Shown: positions 38,883 through 48,308, counted from the stretch's first letter. The stretch is DNA of 64,000 bases from Nitrosovibrio sp. Nv4 (GCA_945906765.1 CAMDRF010000001.1:12958-76957), one strand, 5' to 3'. A program made the numbers and translations. The notes: generated from the letters alone by a model not told the origin.

Positions 38883-41811
38883 TGCCTCGATTCGCGCGAT
38901 AGCCGACAGGGCCGAACGAGAGCGCGCGCTCGACCCCGCGCGCTCCTTCATCGTGCAGGCGCCCGCGGGCTCGGGTAAGACCACGCTCCTGGTGGGGCGG
39001 TTTCTCAAGCTTTTGTCTCTGACAACCAAACCTGAAGAAGTCCTCGCCATCACCTTCACCAAGAAGGCCGCGATCGAGATGCGCAAGCGCGTGCTTGAAA
39101 AACTTCCGAACTCAGGCGAAGTGGCCCACCGCCTGCGCATCGAGACCATCGACGCGTTCTGCCTCTCGCTCGCGCGCCAGTTGCCGGTGCCCTCGCAGTT
39201 CGGCGTCGCGCCGGGCATCACCGGCGATCCGGAGCCGCTCTACCGCGAGGCGGCCTGGCGCGTGGCTTCCAGCTTCGAGATTCCCGCCGTCGTGCGGCTG
39301 CTCGCGCACCTCGACAACAACGTCGGCACCGTGGTGTCGCTCATCGCGAGCATGCTCGCCAGGCGCGACCAGTGGCTGCGCAAGACCGGCCGCGCGCCCA
39401 CAAGGGAGGATCTTGAATTTGCATTTTCTTCTGAAAGAAAACGTCTTTCAGAAAAAGCGCGGAAACTTGACCCGCGTTCATCGGAGGAATTCGCCGCAAG
39501 CGTCCTAACGAAAAAGGGCGAGTGGCGCAAGCGCTCCAATGACGCCAAGCTGCTCGCGGGCAACGAAGCCTTGCGCGAAGCGCTCCAGGCCCTGCTTTCC
39601 CTTCCGCCAGACAGGTACAGCGAACCGCAATGGGAGGCGCTGGAAGCCATGCTGGCGCTCCTGCCGCTCGCGGCCGCCGAATTGAAACTCGTCTTCGCCG
39701 CGCGCGGCGAGGTGGACTTCACCGAGATCGCGCAAGGCGCGGTGCGCGCGCTGGGCAGCGCGGATGATCCAAGTGATTTGCTTTTATTATTGGATTCAAA
39801 AATAAATCATGTTCTGGTGGATGAGTTCCAGGACACCTCCATCAGCCAGTGGGAGCTGCTCGAGCGCCTCACCGCCGGCTGGCAGCCGGACGACGGTCGC
39901 ACGCTGTTCGTTGTCGGCGATCCGATGCAGAGCATCTACCGCTTCCGCGAGGCGGAAGTGGGCCTCTTCCTGCGCGCGCGGCGCGAGGGATTGGGAACTG
40001 CAGGCTTGCCGAACGTGAAGCTCGAGCCGCTCGCGCTGAAGACGAACTTTCGCTCCCAGGAAGGGATTGTGGAATGGGTAAATAAAACATTCTGTCTGCT
40101 TTTGCCCAAGGAAGAAAATGAAACGTCCGGCGCGGTGCCTTATTCGCCTTCGTCCCCCAACGATCCCGCGCTGCCGGGCGAGGCCGTGACCTGGCACGCC
40201 TGCCCGGATTCTGTTTTTGAATCTCAAAAAATAATTGAATTACTTCAAGAAACAAAAAATGATTGCGCGCTGCTGGTGCGCGGCCGCAGCGCGCTCGCTG
40301 ACATCGTGCCCGCGCTCAAGGCCGCCGGCATCCGCTTCCGCGCCATCGAAATCGACAAGCTGGGCGAAAAGCAGGTGGTGCAGGATCTCTTCGCCCTGAC
40401 GCGCGCGCTCACGCATTTGGCCGACCGCGTGGCGTGGCTCGCGATCCTGCGAGCGCCTTGGGTTGGTTTACCTTTGCTCGAATTCAGTTCTTTTTTCGAG
40501 GGAAAGCACGAAACAATCTGGGAACTCGTGCAAAACATTTCCAAACTCGAACGGTTTCGTTCCGTCCTCGCGCCCGCGCTCGCCAATCGCCTGCGCGGGA
40601 CGCTGCGCGACCGCGTCGAAAGCGTCTGGCTCTCACTCGGCGGCCCCGCCTGCGTCAGCGAGCGCGGCGAACTCGAAGACGCCGAAACCTATCTCGATGC
40701 GCTGGAGAAGCTGGAACAGGCGGGCGAGGTGGACTTCGCGCGCCTCGCCGAACTGCTGGGTGAACTCTACGCGCCGCCCGATCCCGCGGCCACCGGGAAC
40801 GACCTGCAGATCATGACCATCCACAAGGCCAAGGGCCTGGAGTTCGGCACCGTCATCGTGCCCGGCCTCGGGCGCGCGCCGGGCAAGAGCGACACGCCGC
40901 TCATGCGCTGGAAGGAACTGCCGGATAAAAGTCTTCTGCTTGCCCCTATAAAAGAAACAGGAAGCGACGATGAACCCGCCTACGAATACCTGAAGGCCCT
41001 GGACCGCGAGGCCGAAGACACCGAAGCCGCGCGCCTGCTCTACGTCGCCGCAACGCGCGCGAAGCACCGCCTGCACCTGCTCGCCTGCTCGAAGAAGGCC
41101 ATGCCGCCCAGGCGCAGCCTGCTCGCCTGCGCCTGGCCGGTCGCCGAACCGTTCTTCGAAGGCATCGCGCCGCCGGTAGCCGTGGTTGCAGCACCATCCC
41201 AACCCGCGCCCTTCATCCTCAAGCGCCTTGCCGCCGGCTGGACGCCGCCCGCGCTTCCGCCTGCCGCCGCGTGGACGGCGCCGCCCGAGGGACGCGAAGA
41301 CATGCAGATCGAGTTTTCCTGGGCGGGAGAGACGGCGCGGCACGTGGGAACGGTGGTGCACGCGTGGCTGCAGCGGATCGCCGAAGCGCAATGCAAAGGC
41401 TGGGATGCCAAACGCGTGGAATCCCTCCGGCCCGCGATTGAGCGCGACCTGCGCAGCCGGGGCGTGCAATCCGCTGGCCCCGCTGTCGAACTGGTTGTTA
41501 CCTCGCTGAAGAACGCCCTTGCCGACGAGCGCGGGCAATGGTTGCTCGGGCCGCACCCGGTGGCGCTGAACGAGCATCGGCTGCGCAGCCGCGGCCGCAG
41601 CTTCCGCATCGACCGGTACATCGAGGACGCCAAAGGCGGCAAGTGGGTCGTGGACTACAAGACGAGCGAACACAAAGGCGGCGGCATCGACGCATTCCTC
41701 GATGCCGAACGCGAGCGCTACAAGGCGCAGCTCGATCGCTATTCGGATGCGATGAAGGGCGCGCGGCGCGGCCTCTACTTCGCTTTGCTGCGCGGCTGGC
41801 GCGAGTGGTAG
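38866..41811 (+). CDS. addA: AddA-type UvrD/Rep helicase with a C-terminal RecB-family nuclease
   Basis: Walker A APAGSGKTT, VLVDEFQDTS, GDPMQSIYRFR, and the C-terminal motif FRIDRY...WVVDYKTS. Confidence 0.8.
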   Translation: MTLMADASIRAIADRAERERALDPARSFIVQAPAGSGKTTLLVGRFLKLLSLTTKPEEVLAITFTKKAAIEMRKRVLEKLPNSGEVAHRLRIETIDAFCLSLARQLPVPSQFGVAPGITGDPEPLYREAAWRVASSFEIPAVVRLLAHLDNNVGTVVSLIASMLARRDQWLRKTGRAPTREDLEFAFSSERKRLSEKARKLDPRSSEEFAASVLTKKGEWRKRSNDAKLLAGNEALREALQALLSLPPDRYSEPQWEALEAMLALLPLAAAELKLVFAARGEVDFTEIAQGAVRALGSADDPSDLLLLLDSKINHVLVDEFQDTSISQWELLERLTAGWQPDDGRTLFVVGDPMQSIYRFREAEVGLFLRARREGLGTAGLPNVKLEPLALKTNFRSQEGIVEWVNKTFCLLLPKEENETSGAVPYSPSSPNDPALPGEAVTWHACPDSVFESQKIIELLQETKNDCALLVRGRSALADIVPALKAAGIRFRAIEIDKLGEKQVVQDLFALTRALTHLADRVAWLAILRAPWVGLPLLEFSSFFEGKHETIWELVQNISKLERFRSVLAPALANRLRGTLRDRVESVWLSLGGPACVSERGELEDAETYLDALEKLEQAGEVDFARLAELLGELYAPPDPAATGNDLQIMTIHKAKGLEFGTVIVPGLGRAPGKSDTPLMRWKELPDKSLLLAPIKETGSDDEPAYEYLKALDREAEDTEAARLLYVAATRAKHRLHLLACSKKAMPPRRSLLACAWPVAEPFFEGIAPPVAVVAAPSQPAPFILKRLAAGWTPPALPPAAAWTAPPEGREDMQIEFSWAGETARHVGTVVHAWLQRIAEAQCKGWDAKRVESLRPAIERDLRSRGVQSAGPAVELVVTSLKNALADERGQWLLGPHPVALNEHRLRSRGRSFRIDRYIEDAKGGKWVVDYKTSEHKGGGIDAFLDAERERYKAQLDRYSDAMKGARRGLYFALLRGWREW

Positions 41812-41924
41812 CGCCTTTTACATCCGTGGCGGACGCGGCGACCCTGCTGGTGTCCGGTTGACCCCGCCGCGCCTCGCGCGTATCGTCTTACCTTAGTGTC
41901 TTACTTTTTCGGAGGGCGGCCGCC

Positions 41925-42221
41925 GTGGAAAGCACCAGGGTATCGAGCAAGGGCCAGATGATCATCCCCAAGCGGGTGCGGGAAGCGCTCGGCCTGAAGA
42001 AGGGGGCCGAACTCGCCGTTGAGCTGCTTCCCGGAGGCGGCTTTGCCGCGCGCCTGAAGGCGCCCGATCTGGTGACCCAGGTGAGAGCCCTCGCCGGGTC
42101 GCTCTCGCACCGTGGCAAACCCAGGTGGCCCGGCCTCACGGATGACGAGGCCGTGCTGCGGGCAGTCGCCGAGGACGATGCGCGCATTCGCGCCTACGCG
42201 CGCAAGCGGCGCCGCAAGTGA
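41925..42221 (+). CDS. vapB: AbrB/MazE/SpoVT family antitoxin (VapB-like)
   Basis: VSSKGQMIIPKRVREALGLKKGAEL swapped-hairpin motif. GTG start, with GGAGGG upstream. Confidence 0.75.
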   Translation: MESTRVSSKGQMIIPKRVREALGLKKGAELAVELLPGGGFAARLKAPDLVTQVRALAGSLSHRGKPRWPGLTDDEAVLRAVAEDDARIRAYARKRRRK

Positions 42222-42613
42222 TCGCGCTCGATACCAACGTCCTCGCGCGGATCCTGCTCGAGGACGACGCGGACCAGGTGCGTCGCGCGCGCCGGCTCCT
42301 GGCCGAGGAGGGCGCCACGTTCTGGGTGCCGGTCACCGTCGTCCTCGAGCTGACCTGGGTGCTGCGGACCAGCGGACTTGCGCGCGATGCTGTCATCGGC
42401 GCGGTGCGCGGCCTGCTCGCCCTGCCACGCATGCGTTTTCAGTCCCCCGATGCGCTGGCGGCTGCGGTGCGGTGGGGCGAAGCAGGAATGGACTTCGCCG
42501 ACGCCCTGCACCTCGCCTTGAGCGCCAAGGCCGAGCGCTTCGCGACCTTCGACGAGGGTCTCGTCAAACAGGCGCGCAAGGCAGGAGCGCTCCCGGTCGT
42601 TGAAGCGCAGTAA
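42218..42613 (+). CDS. vapC: type II toxin VapC (PIN domain)
   Basis: IALDTNVLARILLEDD...DFADALHLA...FATFD. The start GTGA overlaps the antitoxin stop. Confidence 0.85.
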   Translation: MIALDTNVLARILLEDDADQVRRARRLLAEEGATFWVPVTVVLELTWVLRTSGLARDAVIGAVRGLLALPRMRFQSPDALAAAVRWGEAGMDFADALHLALSAKAERFATFDEGLVKQARKAGALPVVEAQ

Positions 42614-42615
42614 CC

Positions 42616-43458
42616 ATGGCGCTGAAACGCCCCCGCGGCATCGGCTCGGAAACTGCCGGCACCCTCGTCGTCCTCGAGCATCACTCACGGATCCTCAAGG
42701 GCAACCCGCTCGGCGACCCGCACCTGCGCAAGCTCGGCGTCTGGCTGCCGCCGGGCTACGACGACGGCGGCCGCAGTTCTCGTCCCAAGCGCTTCCCGGT
42801 GCTCTACGACCTCGTCGGCTTCACCGGCTCCGGCCTCGCGCACGCCAACTGGAAGCCCTTCGGCGACAACGTCCCCGAGCGCGCCGCGCGCCTGATCCAC
42901 GAAAAGAAAATGGGGCCCGCGATCATCGTCTTCCCCGACTGCTTCACCGCGCTCGGCGGCAACCAGTACGTCAACTCTTCCGCCATCGGCGACTACGCCG
43001 ACTACCTCACGCGCGAGATCGTCCCCTTCGTCGACCGCGAATTCCGCACCCTCGCCAGCCGCGATCACCGCGGCTGCTTCGGCAAATCCTCCGGCGGCTA
43101 CGGCTCGATCATCCACGGCATGAAGTACGCGAAGTACTGGGGCGCCATCGCCGACCACTCAGGGGATGCCTACTTCGAGTTCGTCTACTGGCACGACTGG
43201 CCGAACACCTTGAACGAGCTCGCGAAATATCGCCGCTCGAAAACAAGCAAAAACCTGGCGAAAGGACTCGACGACGGACGCATCAAGCGCTTTCTCAACC
43301 ACGTGTGGAAGCGCGAAAAACTCTCGGGCAAGGAAGGCCACGCCATCATGAACCTCTGCATGGCCGCCACCTACGACCCCGACCCGCGTGCGCCGCTCGG
43401 CTTTCGCATCCCCTTCAACGCCGAAACTGGCGAAGCTACCCGCCCACGATTGGCCTGA
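42616..43458 (+). pseudogene. putative esterase (alpha/beta hydrolase, enterochelin-esterase-like), 3'-truncated
   Basis: Nucleophile elbow GKSSGGYG. Homology ends at ...FNAETGEA (about 43437), followed by 6 unrelated codons and a stop. The expected C-terminal ~100 aa are missing (recollection of family length). Confidence 0.6.
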
Positions 43459-44644
43459 GTGTCGTAGAGCCCCCACGGGATGGCGATGCCGCTCGCATCG
43501 GTCCTGAAATCGTGGTCGTTGACCAGGACTGGCGTGGTTTCCCAGGTCGCACCCGCGTTCTTGAAGCGCCCGACCAACTCCCGCTTCTTGGTGTCGATGC
43601 TGATGGCCAGCCCTGGCGCTCAAAGCGCCGGCGCGTCCGGTTGATGTACTCGAACTGCTGATTGCGAAAGGGACTGGATTTGCCGGCGACCTTCTTGTGA
43701 TTGACACGTAGCGAGAACTTCAAGCCCCTGAGCGAAGCGTGCGACGGTCTTGGGCGACACCACAATGCCGGCCTGGTGCAGCTCGCGACTGATCTTCAGG
43801 GTCGTCTTGCGCGTCCACTTGAGGCCGTTGATCGGATCGCCCGCGGTGTGGTGCGCCATCACCTTTTGGATCGCGTCGATGACTTGCGGCGTTTTTTTTC
43901 CAGCGGTGGACGTCCTGCGCCGGGACGCCGAATGCGTTCGAGTTGCACGTCGCGTTCGAGCAATTCGCTTCTCCCCTTGGCGATGGTGTGGACATCCAGC
44001 CCGGTCAGTTCGGCGATCCGGCTGTCCCCGCCATGTCCCAGGCGCAACGACTCGAGCCCGGCGTACAGCCGGCGTTGCCGCTCATCGAGCGTGCTGAAGA
44101 ATAGGATGATGGCCGCCTTCGTCTCGTCCGAGGTCTGCGCCAAGGGATCGCGTAAGAAGGGCAACGTCTGCGCAGTCACCGGCGTGTGGCGCTGATGCAG
44201 TTGCTCGGTGCGCTTTGCCGCGTCGGCCGCGCAATACACGTACTGGCCAGCGAGCTCCTTTCGGACCAGGCGCCGCGCGCTCACGAGCTTGAGCAGGGGC
44301 TCCTTGACGGGGACCTGGAGTTCACCCGCCAGCTCCGAGGCCAGACAGCCGCGATCGGCGCGCGTGACGAACTGCTCTGCCGTGTCAATGAGAGTGCCGA
44401 AGCGCGAAAAGCGAGCACCCCGGCAGGTCCACAGGCCCCGCTCGTCGAACTCGGCCAAGGCGTCCAGCGTGTAGAACTTGCCGCGGTGCGAATAGCTGGA
44501 GTGGTACGGAAATTCCTGCAATTTGCGAAATACCGTTCGCTCGACTGCAGTCCCCAACGCGGCCCTCATCTCGTCCATCGTCACAATCTGGCGGCGCCGG
44601 AACAGCGGCAGCAGCGCGTCAGCGTCGAACCGAGGTGTGCGCAT
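43443..44644 (-). mobile_element. ISAzo13-family transposase gene fragment: at least 3 frameshifts, 3' half deleted
   Basis: Pieces lie in four frames: MRTPRF...RPPLEKK (44644-43859), HHTAGDPINGLKWTRKTTLKISRELHQAGIVVSPKTV, LKFSLRVNHKKVAGKSSPFRNQQFEYINRTRRRFERQGWP and VGRFKNAGATWETTPVLVNDHDFRTDASGIAIPWGLYDTQANRG. The catalytic C-terminal half is absent. Confidence 0.75.
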
Positions 44645-44864
44645 AATGTCTGAAGTCGTCCATTAAAGGACGAATTCTGACATTTAGAACACACCTCGTC
44701 AAACTCCCGCCCCGAACGCCTTTCCCCTCTGTATTTCTGGCGCACCTGTGCCAGGTTCAGTCACGCTCCATCTGTCTGAATTAGGCCAAGAACTGATAAT
44801 TTATTTTTGCGCGGACCCTAAAGCTCATGCCCATGTCGGGCGTACACAAAGCATGCCGGGCCGT

Positions 44865-45110
44865 GCCGCCCGGCGCGGCGGCAGCGCGATTGCCGCACGC
44901 ACGACCCGGCACATCGGTTACGAACTGAGCCAGACGATCCGCAAGCGTATCGAAGAGCACTTCGGCTGGGGCAAGACCGTGGGCCATATCCGCCAGACCG
45001 TATACCGGGGACTGCGACGGGTCGATCAGCACTTCAAATTGACTATGACCGCGAGCAATATCATCAGAATCGCCCGAATGGCGTGCGCGGTACCGCAAGG
45101 AACGGCGTAA
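44865..45110 (+). mobile_element. IS5/IS1182-type DDE transposase, C-terminal remnant only
   Basis: ...YELSQTIRKRIEEHFGWGKTVGHIRQTVYRGLRRVDQHFKLTMTASNIIRIARM resembles the conserved C-terminus of this transposase class. No upstream catalytic region is present. Confidence 0.55.
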
Positions 45111-45249
45111 TGAGACCAAAGATGCAAGAAATCGGTCGCATCGGCGAGAGCCACAGCAATCGAACACCTGAAAATCAGATATCAATCGCGATCTCCACAC
45201 GTTCGAGCATCGAATAGCCGTCATGTTCAAGCGAATTTCAACAGCACTG

Positions 45250-46149
45250 CTAGTGCGAATCTGGCGTACCGGTTCGAGATTCCGACTTCAGATACCAGTC
45301 GAGGATCTGCTCTCCGTTCCAGTGCAGTACGCCTTTTTTCCGGTTTATTTTTTTATAAACTTCCTCAAGATATTTGATCCGGAACGGCTGCCCGCTGATG
45401 TAGGGGTGGATCGCGATCGCCATGATCTTGGGCCGCTGCCTGCCTTCCTCGTAGTAGCGCTCGAAAGTATCCAGGCACTTCTTCGTCCAGTACGCCGCTT
45501 CGTGGTGCTGCACCATCATCACCGGGATGTCGTTGGTCTCGACTGAATAGGGCAGGGTGACGAGCGGGCCGTGGGCGGTCCTGATCTGCGTCGGTTCGTC
45601 GTCGTAGACCCAGTCGCCGATGTACTTGATGCCGGCGGCCGCGAGGTTCTCGGGCGTGTCGAGCGTCTGCGTCAGGCCCGGCCCGAGCCAGCCGACCGGG
45701 CGCTTGCCGGTGAATTTCTCGATGGTGTCCAGGGATCGCTTGATCATCGCGGGTTGATCCTCCTCGCGGTGGATCGGTCCCTGTTCGTAGCTGTGGCCCA
45801 TGAACTCCCAGCCGGCGTCCAGGCAGGTCTGCGCCACCCGCGGATAGTCGACGCAGACGCGCGCATTCAGCGCCAGCGTCGGCCGGATCTTCAGGCGGCG
45901 GAACAGTGCTTCGAAGCGCCAGAAACCGACCCGCATGCCGTACTCGTGCCAGCTCCAGTTCGGCACATCGGGCAGCAGGGGGACGCCGGTCGGCGGCGGC
46001 AGCACCTGGCGCGCCATGGCGCGCGCGATGTCCCAGACTTCGAGGTTGACGATGGTCCAGACGACCACGCGCGCGCCGCCGGGCAGCTTGAGCGGCGGGC
46101 GGTCGACAATCGCGGAATAGGGGGTTCTTTCGCGTGGAATCATGGCCAT
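45250..46149 (-). CDS. polysaccharide deacetylase family protein (PuuE/allantoinase-like subgroup)
   Basis: 299 aa: ...VVWTIVNLEVWD..., ...GWEFMGHSYEQ..., ...IAIHPYISGQPFRIKYLEE... Confidence 0.75.
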   Translation of the reverse strand: MAMIPRERTPYSAIVDRPPLKLPGGARVVVWTIVNLEVWDIARAMARQVLPPPTGVPLLPDVPNWSWHEYGMRVGFWRFEALFRRLKIRPTLALNARVCVDYPRVAQTCLDAGWEFMGHSYEQGPIHREEDQPAMIKRSLDTIEKFTGKRPVGWLGPGLTQTLDTPENLAAAGIKYIGDWVYDDEPTQIRTAHGPLVTLPYSVETNDIPVMMVQHHEAAYWTKKCLDTFERYYEEGRQRPKIMAIAIHPYISGQPFRIKYLEEVYKKINRKKGVLHWNGEQILDWYLKSESRTGTPDSH

Positions 46150-46155
46150 TTCTTA

Positions 46156-46184
46156 CTATAATGCTCCATATCTATAATGCTCCA
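46156..46184. repeat. 16-bp-period direct duplication carrying two TATAAT boxes in a divergent promoter region
   Basis: CTATAATGCTCCA (46156-46168), tat, CTATAATGCTCCA (46172-46184). It lies between the deacetylase ATG (46149, minus strand) and the binding-protein ATG (46207). Confidence 0.9.
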
Positions 46185-46206
46185 ACATACCCTGAGGAGG
46201 GAAGCC

Positions 46207-47436
46207 ATGAAATTCCGTCACCTGCTTGCTGCAGTGCTTGCCGCGTTCTCATTTGCCGCGGTTGCGCAGCAGCCCGTCAAGATCGGCATGAGCATGCCGC
46301 AGACCGGCCCGCTCGGCGGCGGCGGCAAGGCGGCGCTGCTCGCGCTGAACATGTGGGTCGAGGACGTCAACGCCAAGGGCGGACTGCTCGGGCGCAAGGT
46401 GCAGTTCATCGCCTACGACGATCAGACCAATCCGGGCGTCGTTCCCGGCATCTACTCGAAGCTGCTCGACATCGACAAGGTCGACCTGCTCATCGCCCCC
46501 TACGGCACCAATGTCACCGCGCCGATCATGCCGATGGTGAAGCAGCGCGACCTGCTGCTGATGGGCAATTTCTCGTTCGACGCCAACGCGCAGATCAAGC
46601 ACGACAAGTGGTTCAACAACGCACCCTGGGGCGCCGGCGCGCTGGCTTGGGGCGGCACCTTCCTCCAGGCGGGCAGGGCGCTCGGCGGTAAATCCATCGC
46701 CATCATGGCGGCGGACGCGGAATTCGCGCAGAACCTGTGCAGCGGCGGGCGCGTCATCGCCAAGGCGATGGGCCTGCAGACGGTGTATGACCAGAACTAC
46801 CCGCCCAACTCCGTGGACTTCTCCTCGATCATCCGCGCGGTGCGCGCGGCCAAGCCGGACATCGTGTTCATCTGCTCGTACCCGGCCGAATCCGCGGCCA
46901 TCGTGCGTGCGGTGGCCGAACTCGGCGTCGGCCCGACGGTGAAGATCATCGGCGGCGGCATGGTCGGCCTGCAGTTCGCGCCCATCATGGAGGCACTCGG
47001 GCCCCTGCTCAACGGCTTCGTCAACTACAACAGCTACGTGCCGGAGAAGACGATGGACAATCCGGCGGTGCGCGAATTCCTCAAGCGCTATGAAGTACGC
47101 GCCAAGCAGGAAAAAGTGGATCCGCTCGGTTTCTACCTGCCGCCGTTCAACTACGCCATCGGGCAGATGCTCGAGCAGGCGGTCGGCGCGACCAAGAGTC
47201 TCGACCACAAGGTGCTCGCCGACTATATCCGCAAGAACGAGATGAAGACCATGGTGGGCAACATCCGCTATGACACGGTGGGCGAGTGGGCGAAGCCGAA
47301 TCTCGTCATGGCGCAGTTCCGCGGCATCAAGGGCAAGGACCTCGACCAGTTCCGCCAGCAGGGCAAGCAGGTGATCATCGGGCCGGCGGCGATGAAGACG
47401 GGCGAGATCATCCCGTTCGATAAAGCGCGGAACTAG
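46207..47436 (+). CDS. ABC transporter substrate-binding protein (Leu/Ile/Val-binding, type 1 PBP fold)
   Basis: MKFRHLLAAVLAAFSFAAVAQQPVKIG... is a signal peptide. GGAGG lies upstream. The ORF-track start at 46177 is less likely. Confidence 0.85.
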   Translation: MKFRHLLAAVLAAFSFAAVAQQPVKIGMSMPQTGPLGGGGKAALLALNMWVEDVNAKGGLLGRKVQFIAYDDQTNPGVVPGIYSKLLDIDKVDLLIAPYGTNVTAPIMPMVKQRDLLLMGNFSFDANAQIKHDKWFNNAPWGAGALAWGGTFLQAGRALGGKSIAIMAADAEFAQNLCSGGRVIAKAMGLQTVYDQNYPPNSVDFSSIIRAVRAAKPDIVFICSYPAESAAIVRAVAELGVGPTVKIIGGGMVGLQFAPIMEALGPLLNGFVNYNSYVPEKTMDNPAVREFLKRYEVRAKQEKVDPLGFYLPPFNYAIGQMLEQAVGATKSLDHKVLADYIRKNEMKTMVGNIRYDTVGEWAKPNLVMAQFRGIKGKDLDQFRQQGKQVIIGPAAMKTGEIIPFDKARN

Positions 47437-47438
47437 GT

Positions 47439-48308
47439 CTGGACGGCCAGCTTCTATACGAGGCGGTAGTCGCCGGAATCCTCCTCGGCTGCTTCTACGC
47501 CGCGGTAAGCGTCGGGCTGTCCATTTCCTTCGGACTGCTGGACGTGCCGCACGTCGCCCATCCGGCGTTCCTGGTGCTGGGCGCTTACGCGACCTACCTG
47601 CTGACCACCTACGGGATCGATCCGCTGCTGGCCGGCTTGCTGTTGATGCCGGTGTTTTTCGTTTTCGGCCTCGGCGTCTACCAGTTCTACTACTCGACCT
47701 TCGAAGGGCGCGGCAGCGACCAGGGCTTGCGCGGCATTGCGTTCTTTTTCGGCATTGCGTTCATCGTCCAGGTGGGCCTGATCCTCGCTTTCGGCGTCGA
47801 CCAGCGGCTGGTGGATGCCGATTACATCGGTACCAGCGTGGAGTTCGGCGACATGCGCATCCCCCAGAGGATGCTGGTTGCCTTCGGCGTCGCACTGGCG
47901 CTCACCAGCGCGTTGGCACTTTATCTGTCGCGCACTTTCACCGGCCGCGCGATCAAGGCGGTGGCCCAGGATGAAGGGGCTCTTCGCCTCATGGGCGCCA
48001 ATCCGGTGCGTATCAAGCGCTGGGCCTTCGGCATCGCCACGGCCACCTGCGCCATCGCGGGGGCGCTGCTGATCATCATCGGGCCGGTCGAACCGGGCCT
48101 TGACCGCCTCTACATCGGCCGCACCTTCTGCGTGGTGGTGCTGGCGGGCCTGGGCAGCATGAGCGGCACGCTCGCCGCCGGCCTGATTCTCGGTGTCGCC
48201 GAGTCGGTCGTCCTCACCACCGCCGGTACCGCATGGGCGCCGGCGGTCGCTTTTGGCATTCTGCTGATCGTCCTGGGCGTGCGTCCCGCCGGACTGTTTG
48301 GCCGCTGA
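47439..48308 (+). CDS. branched-chain amino acid-type ABC permease (LivH-like) with no canonical start codon
   Basis: Family-like N-terminus LDGQLLYEAVVAGILLGCFYAAVSVGLSISFG... is open from 47424. There is no ATG/GTG/TTG before GTG 47544. CTG 47439 is the only plausible initiator. Confidence 0.65.
   Translation: MDGQLLYEAVVAGILLGCFYAAVSVGLSISFGLLDVPHVAHPAFLVLGAYATYLLTTYGIDPLLAGLLLMPVFFVFGLGVYQFYYSTFEGRGSDQGLRGIAFFFGIAFIVQVGLILAFGVDQRLVDADYIGTSVEFGDMRIPQRMLVAFGVALALTSALALYLSRTFTGRAIKAVAQDEGALRLMGANPVRIKRWAFGIATATCAIAGALLIIIGPVEPGLDRLYIGRTFCVVVLAGLGSMSGTLAAGLILGVAESVVLTTAGTAWAPAVAFGILLIVLGVRPAGLFGR

Noticed and set aside
41860-41924. Direct repeat GTCTTAC x2 upstream of the abrB-type antitoxin as an operator
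   Set aside because: There are only two 7-nt copies. This is plausible as an autoregulatory site but too short to support without comparative data.
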